Positions 42,001 to 54,500 of a DNA stretch of 64,000 bases are shown here, piece by piece; the first letter of the stretch is position 1; every line of letters begins with the position of its first letter. Made by a program: the position numbers and the translations under genes. The notes under the pieces are model-generated. The model was given only the letters and a program-made list of their open reading frames with translations. It was not told where the DNA came from and made no database searches. This DNA comes from Dimorphilus gyrociliatus (lineage: Eukaryota > Animalia > Annelida), in NCBI GenBank assembly GCA_904063045.1, contig CAJFCJ010000012.1:62001-126000 (forward strand), written 5' to 3'.

Positions 42001-43951
42001 TTTCCAATTCTCATACGACCATAATGAGCTGTTAGAACTTCAATTCTTTCTCCAATAGGGCAAAATACTTTCCATGTTTCTAAAGCACAAACCTGCCTTG
42101 CTCCCGCTATAGGTTGGTATGTTTTCGAAGGTTTAGTAGATGGATTTGACGTAGTAGATGATTCCACCTGTGGTGGTTGTGTCATGGGAGAAGTGTGTAC
42201 TCTATGGCCGACTTCACATTGATATGATATCTCTAAATATGAAGTTAAGTGTTTCGGGCATTCAGCGTCTTTTATTTCATGTATTAAAGTTGAAACTTCT
42301 AAATCACATCGCCTTTTGTTCAAACATCTTTGTCTAATTAATGCAGTAATATCTGTATAGCAACCAACAGATCCATTGGATGTTACACAAGATCCTTTTC
42401 TCATTCGACCAAAATGAGCGCCCTGTATATAAATCGATTCACCACTTTTGCACTCAATTTTCATAGTTTCATGTGCGCAGAACTTCTGTGCATCTATATT
42501 TTGAATTATTTCCTGAAGTTTTCTTTAAAACAACAAATACTAACTTGGCAAAGGCTTATACTGGCTGTTTGGTTTGTCAGGATCTTCTGGTTTTACATTA
42601 TTCTTCTTGATATTATGAGCTTTACAAACTCTATCAATTAATTTCACGTTCATATTTAAGCTTGACTTTGTTTCATTTAATGCTCCACAAGTTGACATAT
42701 AGTCATCTCGGCATTTTTCATGAGTCGAAATTAGGCTTTAAAGATAAAAGTCTTGTTTACATATAAAAACATTAAGAATCTAGTCATCTAAAACAAACTT
42801 GCAAATTCTCTTCACTTGTTCGTTAATTTTTGAATTGAAATTTTTGATTTCTCCGGTGAGATTATTTAGGCAAGAGAGCGATTTTTCAACTCTTTCAACT
42901 GGTTTGCTACAGCCTGAATGATTTATAGAGACATAGATATACATTTTTCTTCTAAATTTTTGACTGATCATGTTTCTTTACCTTCTGAACACATCACTTC
43001 AAAATGTTTCAGTTTACTTACTATTCCTCTTGCTATTTCTTCAAAGACTTTGGCCGAATCTAAGTTTCCACAAGCCAAGTTTTTGTCGAGACATCGTAAT
43101 ATTCTTGGACATTGTTGGAGATCACTAATCGTAAATACAAATTTTTAGTGCTTTCCAACTGCTTTAAACTAAATAATTATTTATACATGCATGCTTTTTC
43201 AAAGGATATTGATTGAAGAATTTCCATACTTGGTAGACTTCTTCGACCTCGTCCCCAGCCTGAAGAACCTCCCCATCCTCCTCCTCCAGAGCTACTACCA
43301 CCTCTTCCGCCGCCTCCCCATCCTCCTCCAGAATTACCGCCACCTCTTCCGCCCCCTCCCCATCCTCCTCCAGAATTACCGCCACCTCTTCCGCCCCCTC
43401 CCCATCCTCCTCCAGAATTACCACCACCTCTTCCGCCCCCTCCCCATCCTCCTCCACCCCCGCCTTGATTGCCCCACTTATCATTATTTCCTCCAATAGG
43501 TCCACCTCGTACGGGCTTGTTTTTGGATTCTCCCTCTTCATCATTTTCTGAAATCTTATATTCTCTTGACACTTCAGGAGCCATTTGTGTTAATTGAGCA
43601 TATTCATTTTTACATGCTTTTCCAAAGTTTTCAGTAAGTGGTTTGATACATTTAACAGCTTCTTCAGGGTTGCATTTGGGCTGATTGGCTTCACGTGACC
43701 TTTTTTTGGGATCGAACATACCTCCGGTTTGTTTCCCTCCTTGATTATTATTCCCACCTGTCATTCCACCCTGTCTACTTCCTCCTTTTGCACCCTTTTT
43801 TGAACCACCTCCTTGAGGATTTTCTTTTCTTGTTCCTCCTGAAATGTAGTTAAAAATAAATAATAATAAATTAATCCGTTTTCAGAATATTACTTTCATA
43901 AGTATCAGTAACAAAGAGCAAGAGAAGAACAGATAATAAAATAAGTCTCAT
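39016..43951 (-). CDS. Secreted multidomain protein (~1397 aa): signal peptide, Gly/Trp/Arg repeat, RGRR site, helical Cys-rich region, eight SUEL/galactose-rhamnose-lectin-type domains with Thr/Pro-rich linkers
   Basis: Exons: 43951-43894, 43838-43187, 43124-42982, 42913-42799, 42735-42545, 42493-41736, 41589-40647, 40591-40235, 40073-39384, 39302-39016. Total 4194 nt, all phases compatible. Signal MRLILLSVLLLLFVTDTYE. Eight ~90-aa units follow C-x9-C...A(H/L/F/Y)(Y/F/W)GRM...C...C...C...C...C(P/S)...(Y/H)L(E)...C, matching the 8-Cys SUEL (Gal_Lectin) pattern with its ANYGR motif. No TM segment. Confidence 0.85.
43262..43465 (-). repeat. 42-bp coding tandem repeat encoding (SGGGWGGGGRGGGN)n, about 4 copies
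   Basis: gaattacc recurs at 43331, 43373 and 43415. The ORF 43177..43764 translation shows the GGGWGGGGRGG units. Confidence 0.92.
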
Positions 43952-45031
43952 TTCGCTTTTCAAGCATTGAAGAAAATTTTTGTGAACTCTTTTTTTTATA
44001 CCTTCACGTAACGTATCATTTTACCATAATTAGCCGGTTAAAAAATAAGACTTAGTTTTTGGATTTATGACGTAGGTAGCCACAAGCAGCTATCGATCGG
44101 ATATGAAAATTTTAATGCAATGATAAATTTTTTATACGACATATTAAGTTAAATTTTATATAAAAAGCATACAAATAATCACCATTTTGAAGTAGATTCT
44201 TAACCTGAAATATGCAGATTATGTTTAACAGAGAGAGACAGACATAATCTAACATACAAAAACTGAAAACAATCCGTATGTAGGATATTAGTTAATAAAG
44301 CAACAGAAGCGATTTTAAAAGCCTATAAAACAATATGATGAAGTAAAACGATCTCTGACTATTATAGGTGTACAAAAATATAATGAATAAATAATTTAAT
44401 GCATTTACATAGTGCGTGTAGGTTTGGTATTGACGGTTGAGATTTACTTGAGTAATCTGAGGAGAAGGAAAATGATGATTATATTAAATTTAATTAATAA
44501 ATATTTATATTTATCTATAAAATAAATATTAAAGTTAATCCATAGTTTAGTTGAATAACAAAAGAATTATTATGTTTTACCTATAAGAAATTTTGAAGGG
44601 AAATCCCTTAAAATTTCCTCAATAATGCAATTTACGAACAGGTACATGAAGCTCTAACCATGGCATAATTCTTTATATTTCATGCTTTTAGCGAAAGACT
44701 AAACTTACTCTTATATAGTATAGAATATTCATTTAGAAAGTAATACTTGATATAAATATGGTATACAGTGTCTACTGTATCTATCAAAACGTTTTCTGTA
44801 CTATTTTTAATAGTATCAATAATAAATATTAATGTATTATTTATTAAATATACTATACAGTAAGATATAAATATTAGTAATAATAATTTTAGGTTAAAGG
44901 TTAAGAATAGCTTGCTGATACTCAAAAGAGAACTATAATTGTATTTTTGCCTCATTAGCAGTATTTTATGAATCATTGACAACACTTCCTGTAATATTAA
45001 ACATAAATAAATCTGAACGATGAAATGTATA

Positions 45032-45734
45032 CTATTGACTTCTACCGAACCGAATATATTGCTTCTTTTCTTTATTATTTCTGCCAAATCTGATATAGGT
45101 TTTCTTTGTTTCACCACCTTCATGATCTTTACCAAATCTCATATACATAGCATCATCACGTTTACCAAACCTCATGAATCTCTTACCAAACTTAATAAGC
45201 CTCTTTTTGTTAAGGGACCCTAATACTTCGTACAGTCGAAGTATTTCTATAGCACTTTCTAATTCTGGATCTAATTGTTTATTCTCCTCTATATGTTGTT
45301 GTTCTCTTTGGTTCATGGATTCCTGGTTTCGGGGTAAGCTCTTCTCTTCATTTATATCTCTTTTTTGCCTAAGTTTCCAATCAATAGGCGATCTTCCAAA
45401 TCTTATATAACCTCCTTCTCTCTTCTCTCTAACTCTTGGAGCTATATTCTCCTCTGTTATTTAAATATAATACTATTATCAATTTTGTTAAGTTCTATAC
45501 AAAAGGGATAGGATAGTCATACATATGCTAAGACTGAAAGCATCATATACACCTTAAATATTTAATACAAACTCGATCTACATAATAGCTTGGAATAAAA
45601 CTATATTTATACTAACCTTCATTATGAATGGTACACAAATATTTTAACAATCCATCTGGAATATTACATAATTCCTCCAAATGTACGTAGTTTATTGCAG
45701 CACAAGTAATACAGATAAGAAAGAGTATTTTCAT
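45032..45734 (-). CDS. FMRFa: FMRFamide-related neuropeptide precursor (179 aa)
   Basis: Exon 45734-45617 (MKILFLICITCAAINYVHLEELCNIPDGLLKYLCTIHNE, signal peptide plus a Cys pair) splices in phase 1 to exon 45453-45032. Amidation cassettes: KR-EGGYIRF-GR, KKR-LIKF-GKR, FMRF-GKR, DDAMYMRF-GK, KK-TYIRF-GR, KK-QYIRF-GR. Confidence 0.93.
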
Positions 45735-48716
45735 TTCTGAAACAAATATATGGCATTTCTTTATTAATGATGAAAATATTTCTTTAATAAATTAAATAAT
45801 TAATTTGTTTATATTAGATAAAAAGAAAGCATAGATATTTATACCCGAAAACAATACTTTTCTCGATTTTATCATTAGATTAGGTATTTTATGTGGCAGA
45901 TTATTTTAATTGGTCTCCTTATGAGAGTAGTTATCATAAGAACAGACTTAGGATGCAATAATCGTAAATATTTATACTGTATCCAACGAATGTCTATTCC
46001 ATTTATAAAGACGTATTTAGACAATGAAAAATTGAAAGGTCGTTTAGGTATGGAGATATAAATTCAAATTATTCATTATTTTCTGCAAATGATACTGTTA
46101 TAACATATTTTGGTTATTATAGAGAAATATTAACTAAATGTACATATTGCATGCCAGAAGTGATTCAAATATAATATATAAGTCAAAAGTGACTTTTCTT
46201 AAGATTTTTTGATGTTTAGTTATGTCCATAAGAAAGGCTACTGAATCAAAATCTAACAATTTATCAATTATAATAAATTCTATTACTTTCAGCTGAACAG
46301 AAATGTTTTACAATGTTAATCCAAATTTGTTTCCCTCTCTGTAAAATTTTATTGTATTTATACAGATTTTGTTCTAAATATTAATGTTACGTAATCCTTC
46401 TTTTAACTAACAGCGAAGTTTTATGGTGGAAAAAAAATCTGTATATTGCACACTGCTTAAACATCTTCATAATACCTCTTTAAAATCTCACCCATGTCAT
46501 AAACCTTACAAAGTAAAGCATTAAAGTTATTAAAGAATTGATTTTTTGGACTATTATCTTTGATGCTATGTTGACAGACTTAGGCTGATTCAAAGGTAGG
46601 ATATCAAAAACTCGAGCGTAGATTTTACATTTCACCTCAAACTTTTTAAAGGATATTAGTGATATATTAGCTCAAGACTATACAGATATGGTAAACTAGT
46701 ACAGAAGCAATATTTCATACAGTTTATAACCTAAGTTTCAAATACCTATCTTTTAAACAAATCTATAACTTCCATATTACTACTATACAATCTTATTTTA
46801 AGCAAAGACATCAAATATTAATGAAAAAGTAATCAAGCAATGAAATATAGAATTATTAAGGAAATGGAAAATATGCAATTCTATTAAAGATTAGTCTATT
46901 GAAAAAACTTAAAAAAAGAGAAAACGTCTATGGACAATTGTTATTAAATATTAAATATGAATTGAATAAATTTGCTTTTTCTTGAAAAGAAACAATAATA
47001 CAGAACGTTTTTATACGTTTATGTATTATAGTTCATCCTTCTTTTTAATAATATGTATCCATTTTCACAAAACAGCTATCGCTTCTATAAGAACTAGGCG
47101 ACATGTTTCAATTAAAGTCAAACTTGATTATTTAATATTAAAAAATAAAATGCTTTAATTAAAAATAATCTAAATTGAATTGTTGTCAAAATTACAAACG
47201 TATTCTTACCTATAAGGATAAAACTGCTGCTGAACAAAGTTTATACTGATGAAGTTGTAGAAATTCTGATGATATTGTTTCCTCTCCTAGAGGAATAATA
47301 ATATACATGAAGACTCCGCCCAGTAGCTTTAGCTTAACATCGTCATAGGTTATATTTAACTTAATTTTAAAAGATTACAGAATTCCTTTGTTCAAGGTTA
47401 TTGTGGGGAACTTGACTTTTATAAAAGATAAATTATTATTAATCTTTCAATACTGTTATTTAAAACCGCTTTATTTTTATTTCTATGTACAGTTTATTTA
47501 TAATATTAATTAAAAATTCACAAATTTAATTCATACTTTTAAGAAATACAAATAATCATTTATTTGGAAAAAAGATAACATAAACAATCGTCATAGAGGG
47601 AAAAATTTCTTTCCCATTTAAATAAATAATGTACTATGTGTATACTATTTATAATTTCTTGATTTGTTCGCTAATTTATTTGTTTCGACTAGTTTTATTG
47701 TGTTATTAGTGGTAATTCTGTTTATCAAATCCTTTCCTTAAAGTAATTGTTACTTCAATTTTAAACAACTTTTGGTATTTTAAAGAAAATTATGGTAACT
47801 TGGAATGAAGTAAGTTAACAAAAGAGTTCTTTTGTATTCATAGGTTTATCCTTTTTGAGAGGTCGCTTATTGTAATAAAGCCATTGAGCAGTCACTCGTC
47901 GTAGACTAGCTGTCGATGTAAGAACGCTTTCGATTCATAAGCAAGGTCGTCTTAAATTAATTCACGTAGAAAGGAAAAGTAATTAACTTCTAATTAGAAG
48001 GTTAAAGTCAATTATTTACCCTACTTTTGTTTACTTTAATAATAAAAATGTTATCAACACTTATATAGAATTAAAGCGAAGTTGAGTAAATCTGTAATAG
48101 GTATTGTATGATTTACAGCTCTGGGAAAAAGCTGAAAAGGTTAGGAAGAAGTATTTTTGAAAAAAAAAATGCCTTTGATGGTCAATAGCTTATGAATTAC
48201 AGCATATTTTGAAATGAAATATTCTTTTGTGATATATCTTGTTACCCTTTTAAATAAATTAGGAAATATGATATAAAAGTTATTAATTCTGTTGAAAAAT
48301 CTGAACGTAACTCATTATTAAATAATACTTTGGAAATTTGAATATTTTATTATTTACTTTTGGTCATTACATGATTAAATATTATAATGTATTTGTATTA
48401 ATGCTGAGTTATAATTTTAGAATTTATACACTCATCATAATATATATATATATATACTGTATATAAATTAATATGGAATAATATGTATATTTTCTTGTTG
48501 TATACACATTTATTAACGAGGAAAGAGTAGCTATTCTCTCGTGCAATCTTATTACGAGGTAACTGTATCAAATGTTACAATTTCTGATTGCGAGGAAAGG
48601 TAGTTAGTGGCTTTATAAAATGAGAAGGGCTCTAATGGAGCTAAAGAAGTGTTTAACAACATCAGACAGAGGGCAGCAGTGTGTGGCAGTAGATATTCTT
48701 TTAACTGACTGTCGTC

Positions 48717-51547
48717 ATGTGCAATATGACGAAACCGACGGTGTATCCGATTGGACAACTGTGTATATTACCAATTATTCTGACGTTAATCCTCATAGGA
48801 AATGGTTGCATCATAGCTATATCAACTATTCGATTGCAGAGTCAATGGTCCGTTCAGGATTGCATTAATAGATTTGTTGCTTTGCTTAGTTTTTCGGATG
48901 GTGGGCTGTCAATACCGACTTATTTTGCGTCTTTGGTAACGGGTAATACATAAATAAAAAGATGATTAATGTTCATATTATATATTATTTCTTTTAAATA
49001 ATAAATAAAACAGGAAAATGGCCGTTTATGGATGTCATTTGTCAAATATATGGAACTTTACATCATGTTTTTGCGACAAGTATGGTTTTACTCTTAGTTA
49101 TGGGTTGCTGTGAGAGGTTTTTATTATTTATTAATACTTTAAGTGTTCATTTTTTAAAGATAATTTCTTTAAAGCATATTACTTTATTCATTATTAGATA
49201 TACAAAGATATTATATAATGAAAAGAATAGGGCATATTTTTCGCCCATAAACACTAGAATAATGATGATCGGCTGTTTTATATCTATGTTAATACTCTTT
49301 CTTGGACCCATATATGGTTGGGCAGAATATTCAGAATACAGAGGTAAGTTAAAGCAATAGAACTCCGCTATTTGTCTATTATTATTATGATTTATACGTC
49401 ATGTTTTGCTTATCGTCTTCATATGCCCTTAATTTTAACGTCGAAGGCTTTCAGGCGTCACGTTACATTTTATGTCGTCCTTTTGGCAGTAGTATAGATT
49501 ATTTATTCGACTTTTTATTATAGAAGAATATTTATGAATCTTTACGATAGTATCACGTGTAAATCCTAATTACTTGAGGGAAGTACATTAGTATTAAAGT
49601 ATAATGATGAGTACGACAGCTAATAACCCCTAACGTTGCAGTATAGCCTTAATTTTCTCTTGAGAGCTGCTTTAATTGGTATAGGAAACGTTGAGAACAA
49701 ATTTGTACTCTTTTTTATTAAAATAGACTAGATCTAATAGCAAGAATTCGTAAGTGTAGATTTACTGATAATCATATTGAAGTTATATAAAATATTTTCG
49801 CTATAAATTATGTAAGCATAGAAGAAATGAAGAGAGAAAGAGAGAAAGAGACAGGGTGGGAGAGAAAAGAAAGCCGGTAGAAAGAAAATGAAAAGAAAAG
49901 AAGAAAATGTAAAAGTGGAATGTTCTTGGATAGAAATGTTAATTGTAAAGAAGGAATAATTTAATAGAAAGATAAAAGAGAGGAAAGTTTTGCGAATTTT
50001 ATATAAAAGGAGAATGAAAGACTGTTTTTTTTCAGAATTAGATCTAAAAAGAATCACAAACAACTTCCCTTTTTTTTCATTTAAAACCTAAAACAGGTGA
50101 TATAATCAAATATCTCAGCCGGTTTCCTTGTTTATGAGAAAGCTATATTGATTTATGGCACCATTAGGTAGCTCATTTAAGTTATAATAATCGAACAATG
50201 TTTGGTAAGCCTTAGAACAGTTATCTTAAGTAAATTAAGCATTCTCCACTGAAAATGTAGAACTGTCTTTAAGATTTTTGTTTTAGTTTGGCGCATAGGA
50301 ATTTCAATAGACATATTTGAAAATAAATATACTTAAGATAAGCTTGATCAGTAGCAGAGGACAGAGCAAAATGGGCAACAATATCTCTTTGTAATCTCGG
50401 TACATTATTAGGTTTTGTATCTTGTGCCTATAATTTTACCAAAGTTAAATATATATTAATAAAAAAAGACCATATCTTAAAATAGGGTTATTTTTTACTA
50501 AAAATATGATAACAAGCTCTTTTTCCCCATAGAGTCGGAATCAAAGTCAACTTAATGTTAGCTCAACCATTTTCCCCATTTTCCTTTTTATAAAGTGCAC
50601 AATTTCCTTTTTAGTACAGTAAAACTCTTATTAAAAATTTGATTATCATCTAACAGGGTCTCTAAGCTTATTCTTAAAAACAAATGCAACAAATGTGGAT
50701 ATCGATGATGTTGTCAAAATTTCCAAACAACTACGAAATCAATACGAATTAACTATTCGTAAGCCTATAACTAGTCAACCAATTATAGAAATGGCTCTTC
50801 CTTTACGATTGAGAAATAAAGAGAGATTGGAATGTTTTTTAGAGGAATACGAAGGACGACTCTTAACGGCTTTTGTAAATGACGTCTTTACGGCAAATAC
50901 AACTTTTGAAGCTAATAAATCTAGTCAAAATTTAATTGATGTTCTATTAGATGACAAACAAATTCAAGATTACCGTGATCTTTTAATCTGGCAATGTAGG
51001 TATATAAGTAAGAAAAAAATTACTTTATTCTTTGATGAATAGAATAGTTTCAAATTTGTTTAGTTTCGCCAATAATGACTTTTTTAATACTTTTACAGAT
51101 TGGTCTAGCTGTGATCTTGATTATAGTCTCCTGACTGCAGAATCGACATCTTTCTTCCTCATCATCTTAATAACAACTCAAATTCTTCCTCTGCTGCTTA
51201 TTATATACTGTTTAACAAAAATTCAATTAAGAGGTTTTTCCTTTCTTAAAATGCAATTGACAAAAAAACAATTTCTAGCTGCTTTTATCTGTTTGGTTTT
51301 CACATCGACTGCATCAATTGTAAATATGATTTTAAGGTACTACAAACGAAATCATTTGTTAGCTTTCTTGAGTAAGGCTCTGTCTTTTATGGCAGACTCT
51401 TCTCTACCATTGGCTTACGTTGTCTCTGTAATTATTAATCCTAAACGCTCCTATCAAGAGGCTAATAGAAGGAATTTTAGGGAAGATGAGATTAAATGTT
51501 GTGATGATGAGGATGAGCCATATCAGTCACAAATTACTAGAGTATAA
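48717..51547 (+). CDS. Class A (rhodopsin-family) GPCR with opsin-like motifs, no Lys at the retinal-binding position; 307 aa, or about 424 aa with the cassette exon
   Basis: Exons 48717-48942, 49014-49116, 49198-49343, [50657-51007], 51099-51547. Motifs: N-terminal NMT glycosylation site, TM1 LIGN, TM2 LSFSD, WPF..ICQIYG, ERY rebuilt across a splice, TM4 GPIYGWAEY, ECL2 WSSCDLDY, TM5 ILPLLLIIYC. Seven hydrophobic segments. Confidence 0.82.
50657..51007 (+). CDS. Candidate symmetric (phase 1/1) 351-nt cassette exon inserting 117 aa into GPCR extracellular loop 2
   Basis: ctaacag| acceptor and |gtaaga donor, open in the frame continuous with the GPCR. It has three N-glycosylation sequons (NAT, NTT, NKS), two Cys and no TM segment. 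An alternative in-frame intron, 51000-51063, also works. Confidence 0.6.
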
Positions 51548-54500
51548 AAGTTCCTCTTTTCAGAAGTAAATAAGAAAATCGTCTGATATTTAAAAAATAT
51601 TTAATTGCTGATAAAGCAAAAACAACTTCTTATCCTTTAACTTTCTTATTGTTAAATTATCATATTCGTTGAATTATACAATATTTTACAAAGCATTAAA
51701 GATAAATAGATATGTAAACTGTTCCTTTAGAAATGTTTCGTCTTTTCTCTTTTAGGAAAAACGTAAAAAGAGATTTTTAATAAAAAATCTCTTAAATTTA
51801 AAGTGAATCGTTTGCGGTTAAGTCCTGTCTTCTGTTTAAATTATTATTTGTTAATATAAAGAATTTAGCCTATTTAATAAAATTTTCCAGTTAAGAATAA
51901 ACTAAAAGTAAACGCTAAGATATATTTTTGAGAGCCTTATAATAAGTTTTATTTGAGAAAGGCAATTTTTTTTACTACAATCTCAGTGGAAAATTCTTTT
52001 TTTAACATTTTTTTTCGGTTCACTGACTAAGTATTCAAACTGTTTCCTTTAGCATTAAAACTAATGATTAAGGAACGTGTTATTATTGATCTAAGATAAT
52101 GAATAAGAGCTGATTGAAATTTTTTTAAATTGAGAGATAAATTTTAAATATTAATTATAAATTTAATTAGCTAAGTCTAATATATTCATAACTGTAATAT
52201 CTTTTATTATGAATAGAGTACAAACCTTTTTTAAATGCTTATATAGGTATTTCATTTGCTATTAAATATTCTAGATTTCTTTTAGTATGTTTATATACAT
52301 TATAAACAATGATCAATAATTGGCCTATGAAATATTACTTACGTTTCACATATATTTTATATATACTGTATATAGTAAATAAATATCTCTAGTTTTATAA
52401 TAAATAATCAATCTATAATAATATAGTAACTATATTTTATTTACCTGATATCTTCTTAATTAATTGTTATAGCATCTCTGTTTCTACCGTAAAAATGACG
52501 ACTTTTTGAGCATTTTTCATCAGTTATGCAAGTTTGATATAAATATTAACGTTGGAGAAATATTTTAACCAATAAACGAAGTAGAAAATTGAAGAATTTC
52601 GAACAATAATTCTAAGAAATACTTTTAAAGTTTTATGTTTGTTTTGAGTATGAATATCTTGTTTGAAATTACAAACACGTTAACTCAAGTTATTATTTGT
52701 AATTCCATTAGCTGTAGCACATCCATATTATAAATATATCCTTTTATAGTTTCTTCTGTTTTGAGGATTACTGTTTAAGCTCACAAAACCTATTTATAAA
52801 CACCTATATTTGTTCTCTTAGGACGAAGGTGAGAAAATAGAAAGATTTCATCTTCCAAATTTGTTAAAATCATACTCAATTGGTATGATACAGGAAAGTA
52901 GCTTCTATTTATGACAGGTGGAAATTATTGTAAGAACTATCGTCTTTATTCTTTTTACGGTTGTCAAATTTTCATTTATCACTATATTAATCAATCTTTT
53001 TATGAAATCACTATGAATAATCATTCTGATTATTTAATGAACGAATATTTCAACACGAAATGGGTTTAATTTGGCGATTTATACAACAGGAGATAAAAAA
53101 GAGCTTTTAGAAATTTATCTTCTTTACGATAGTCTTGTTTCATATACAAAATAATCATCTCAAGAAATATCACCAGCTTTTCAAGTCAATTACTTATTAT
53201 ATTTTATACCGTTTAGAAATCTTTCTATAATTCTGATGAGAATAGAAAAAACGATCTTGCAAAAGATGTATTCATTATGAAGAATCAACTTTTATCTATT
53301 CATACGAATTAAATACAATGCTATATCTTAGTTGGAAAATCAAAAAGAACGAATTACTAAAGAGTTGAAATAATGTACCTTAAAACAATATAAGAATATA
53401 TAAGATATAGATTTTGAAAAGGAGCTAGAGGTAATAAGTATTTTACTTTTATGTTCAGGTAGGTGCAAAAATTTTCAATAAATTTTCATTTTCTTTCTAC
53501 AATAGTCGTTTTGTAAAAATGATATAAGTATACTATTATTGATGGAATGAAAGAAGCAAATATAAAAAATGTTTATAATATTTAAGTCCAACTGGAATCT
53601 AACAGTAAAGGCTCATTGCCTTTTCCTCGCTACCAAAATCATATATTACGTAACCCTTCTTTTAACTGATATATAGATAATTCTTTTTTGCAGTTACACA
53701 AGTATTGTTTTGTTGAAACTACAAAAATACAACTTTAATCAAATAAGAAGTAATGGAAAATGAGCTTATTTTTTAAGTTACTATTCTTAACAAGTAATGT
53801 GAAACCTCCAGGCTATTTTTTGTCTTTCCAGAAGGGAGAAATGAGCACATTAAGAAATGTTATTTTTCCCTATATACTTACTAATTTTATAAGCTGAAAG
53901 CTTTAAAAAAATTTACCACTGTAAACTAGAAAATGACAAAATATGTACAAATTTATAAAAGAACACAAAACAGATCTGTTTCTCTAAGAAATATACCATA
54001 AAATTAACTATAAAATGTAAATTACTTTGATAAATGTCTCTTTAGGTCAACTACTTTTATAAGATGAAAAAAAAACTATTGAATAAAATATATTAGTGTA
54101 ATTGATGATATTCTCATTTTAAGCATTAATTTTATTATTTTAAAATTTAGTTAAGAGCTGAGAATTAACTTTAAAACGTCATCTAATATTTTACAACATG
54201 GATATTATTTCTTAAAACAAAGTAGAGCTAATTAAATTCAGTTTATAAAATGTTCTTAGAAATTTTAGTTTTCAACAATAATGACTAAATTACCAACTCT
54301 ATTTTATGATAAAATGGTAAATAGGACGCTTATTATAAAGCTTAAATAATATTTTTCTTTTATACTTCTCAAAAAAGAGTCTAAATCAACGGAATTTAAA
54401 ACAAATATCATGTAAACTGCAACGGAAATACTAAATAAAAGATTTCCTTCTAATATTAATATTTAAAAAGTAATAATTGTGTTTTTAACAAGGATATCAT

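Noticed and set aside
43164-43544. Acidic EEDGEGAEEV repeat ORF, and the opposite-strand LFRPLPILLQ repeat ORF 43191..43499
   Set aside because: These are alternative frames of the 42-bp Gly repeat. Only the Gly frame links by splicing to a signal peptide and the downstream exons.
48620-48868. 82-aa ORF overlapping the GPCR start
   Set aside because: It has no recognisable motif, while the overlapping frame from 48717 carries the TM1/TM2 signatures and a compatible donor.
45032-51547. Adjacent neuropeptide and GPCR as a ligand-receptor pair
   Set aside because: The GPCR motifs look opsin-like or orphan rather than like an FMRFamide receptor, and adjacency alone is not evidence.
51768-51793. 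11-bp perfect hairpin (AAGAGATTTTT/AAAAATCTCTT) downstream of the GPCR
   Set aside because: It is short and AT-rich, so plausible by chance. Intrinsic terminators are not relevant for Pol II genes.
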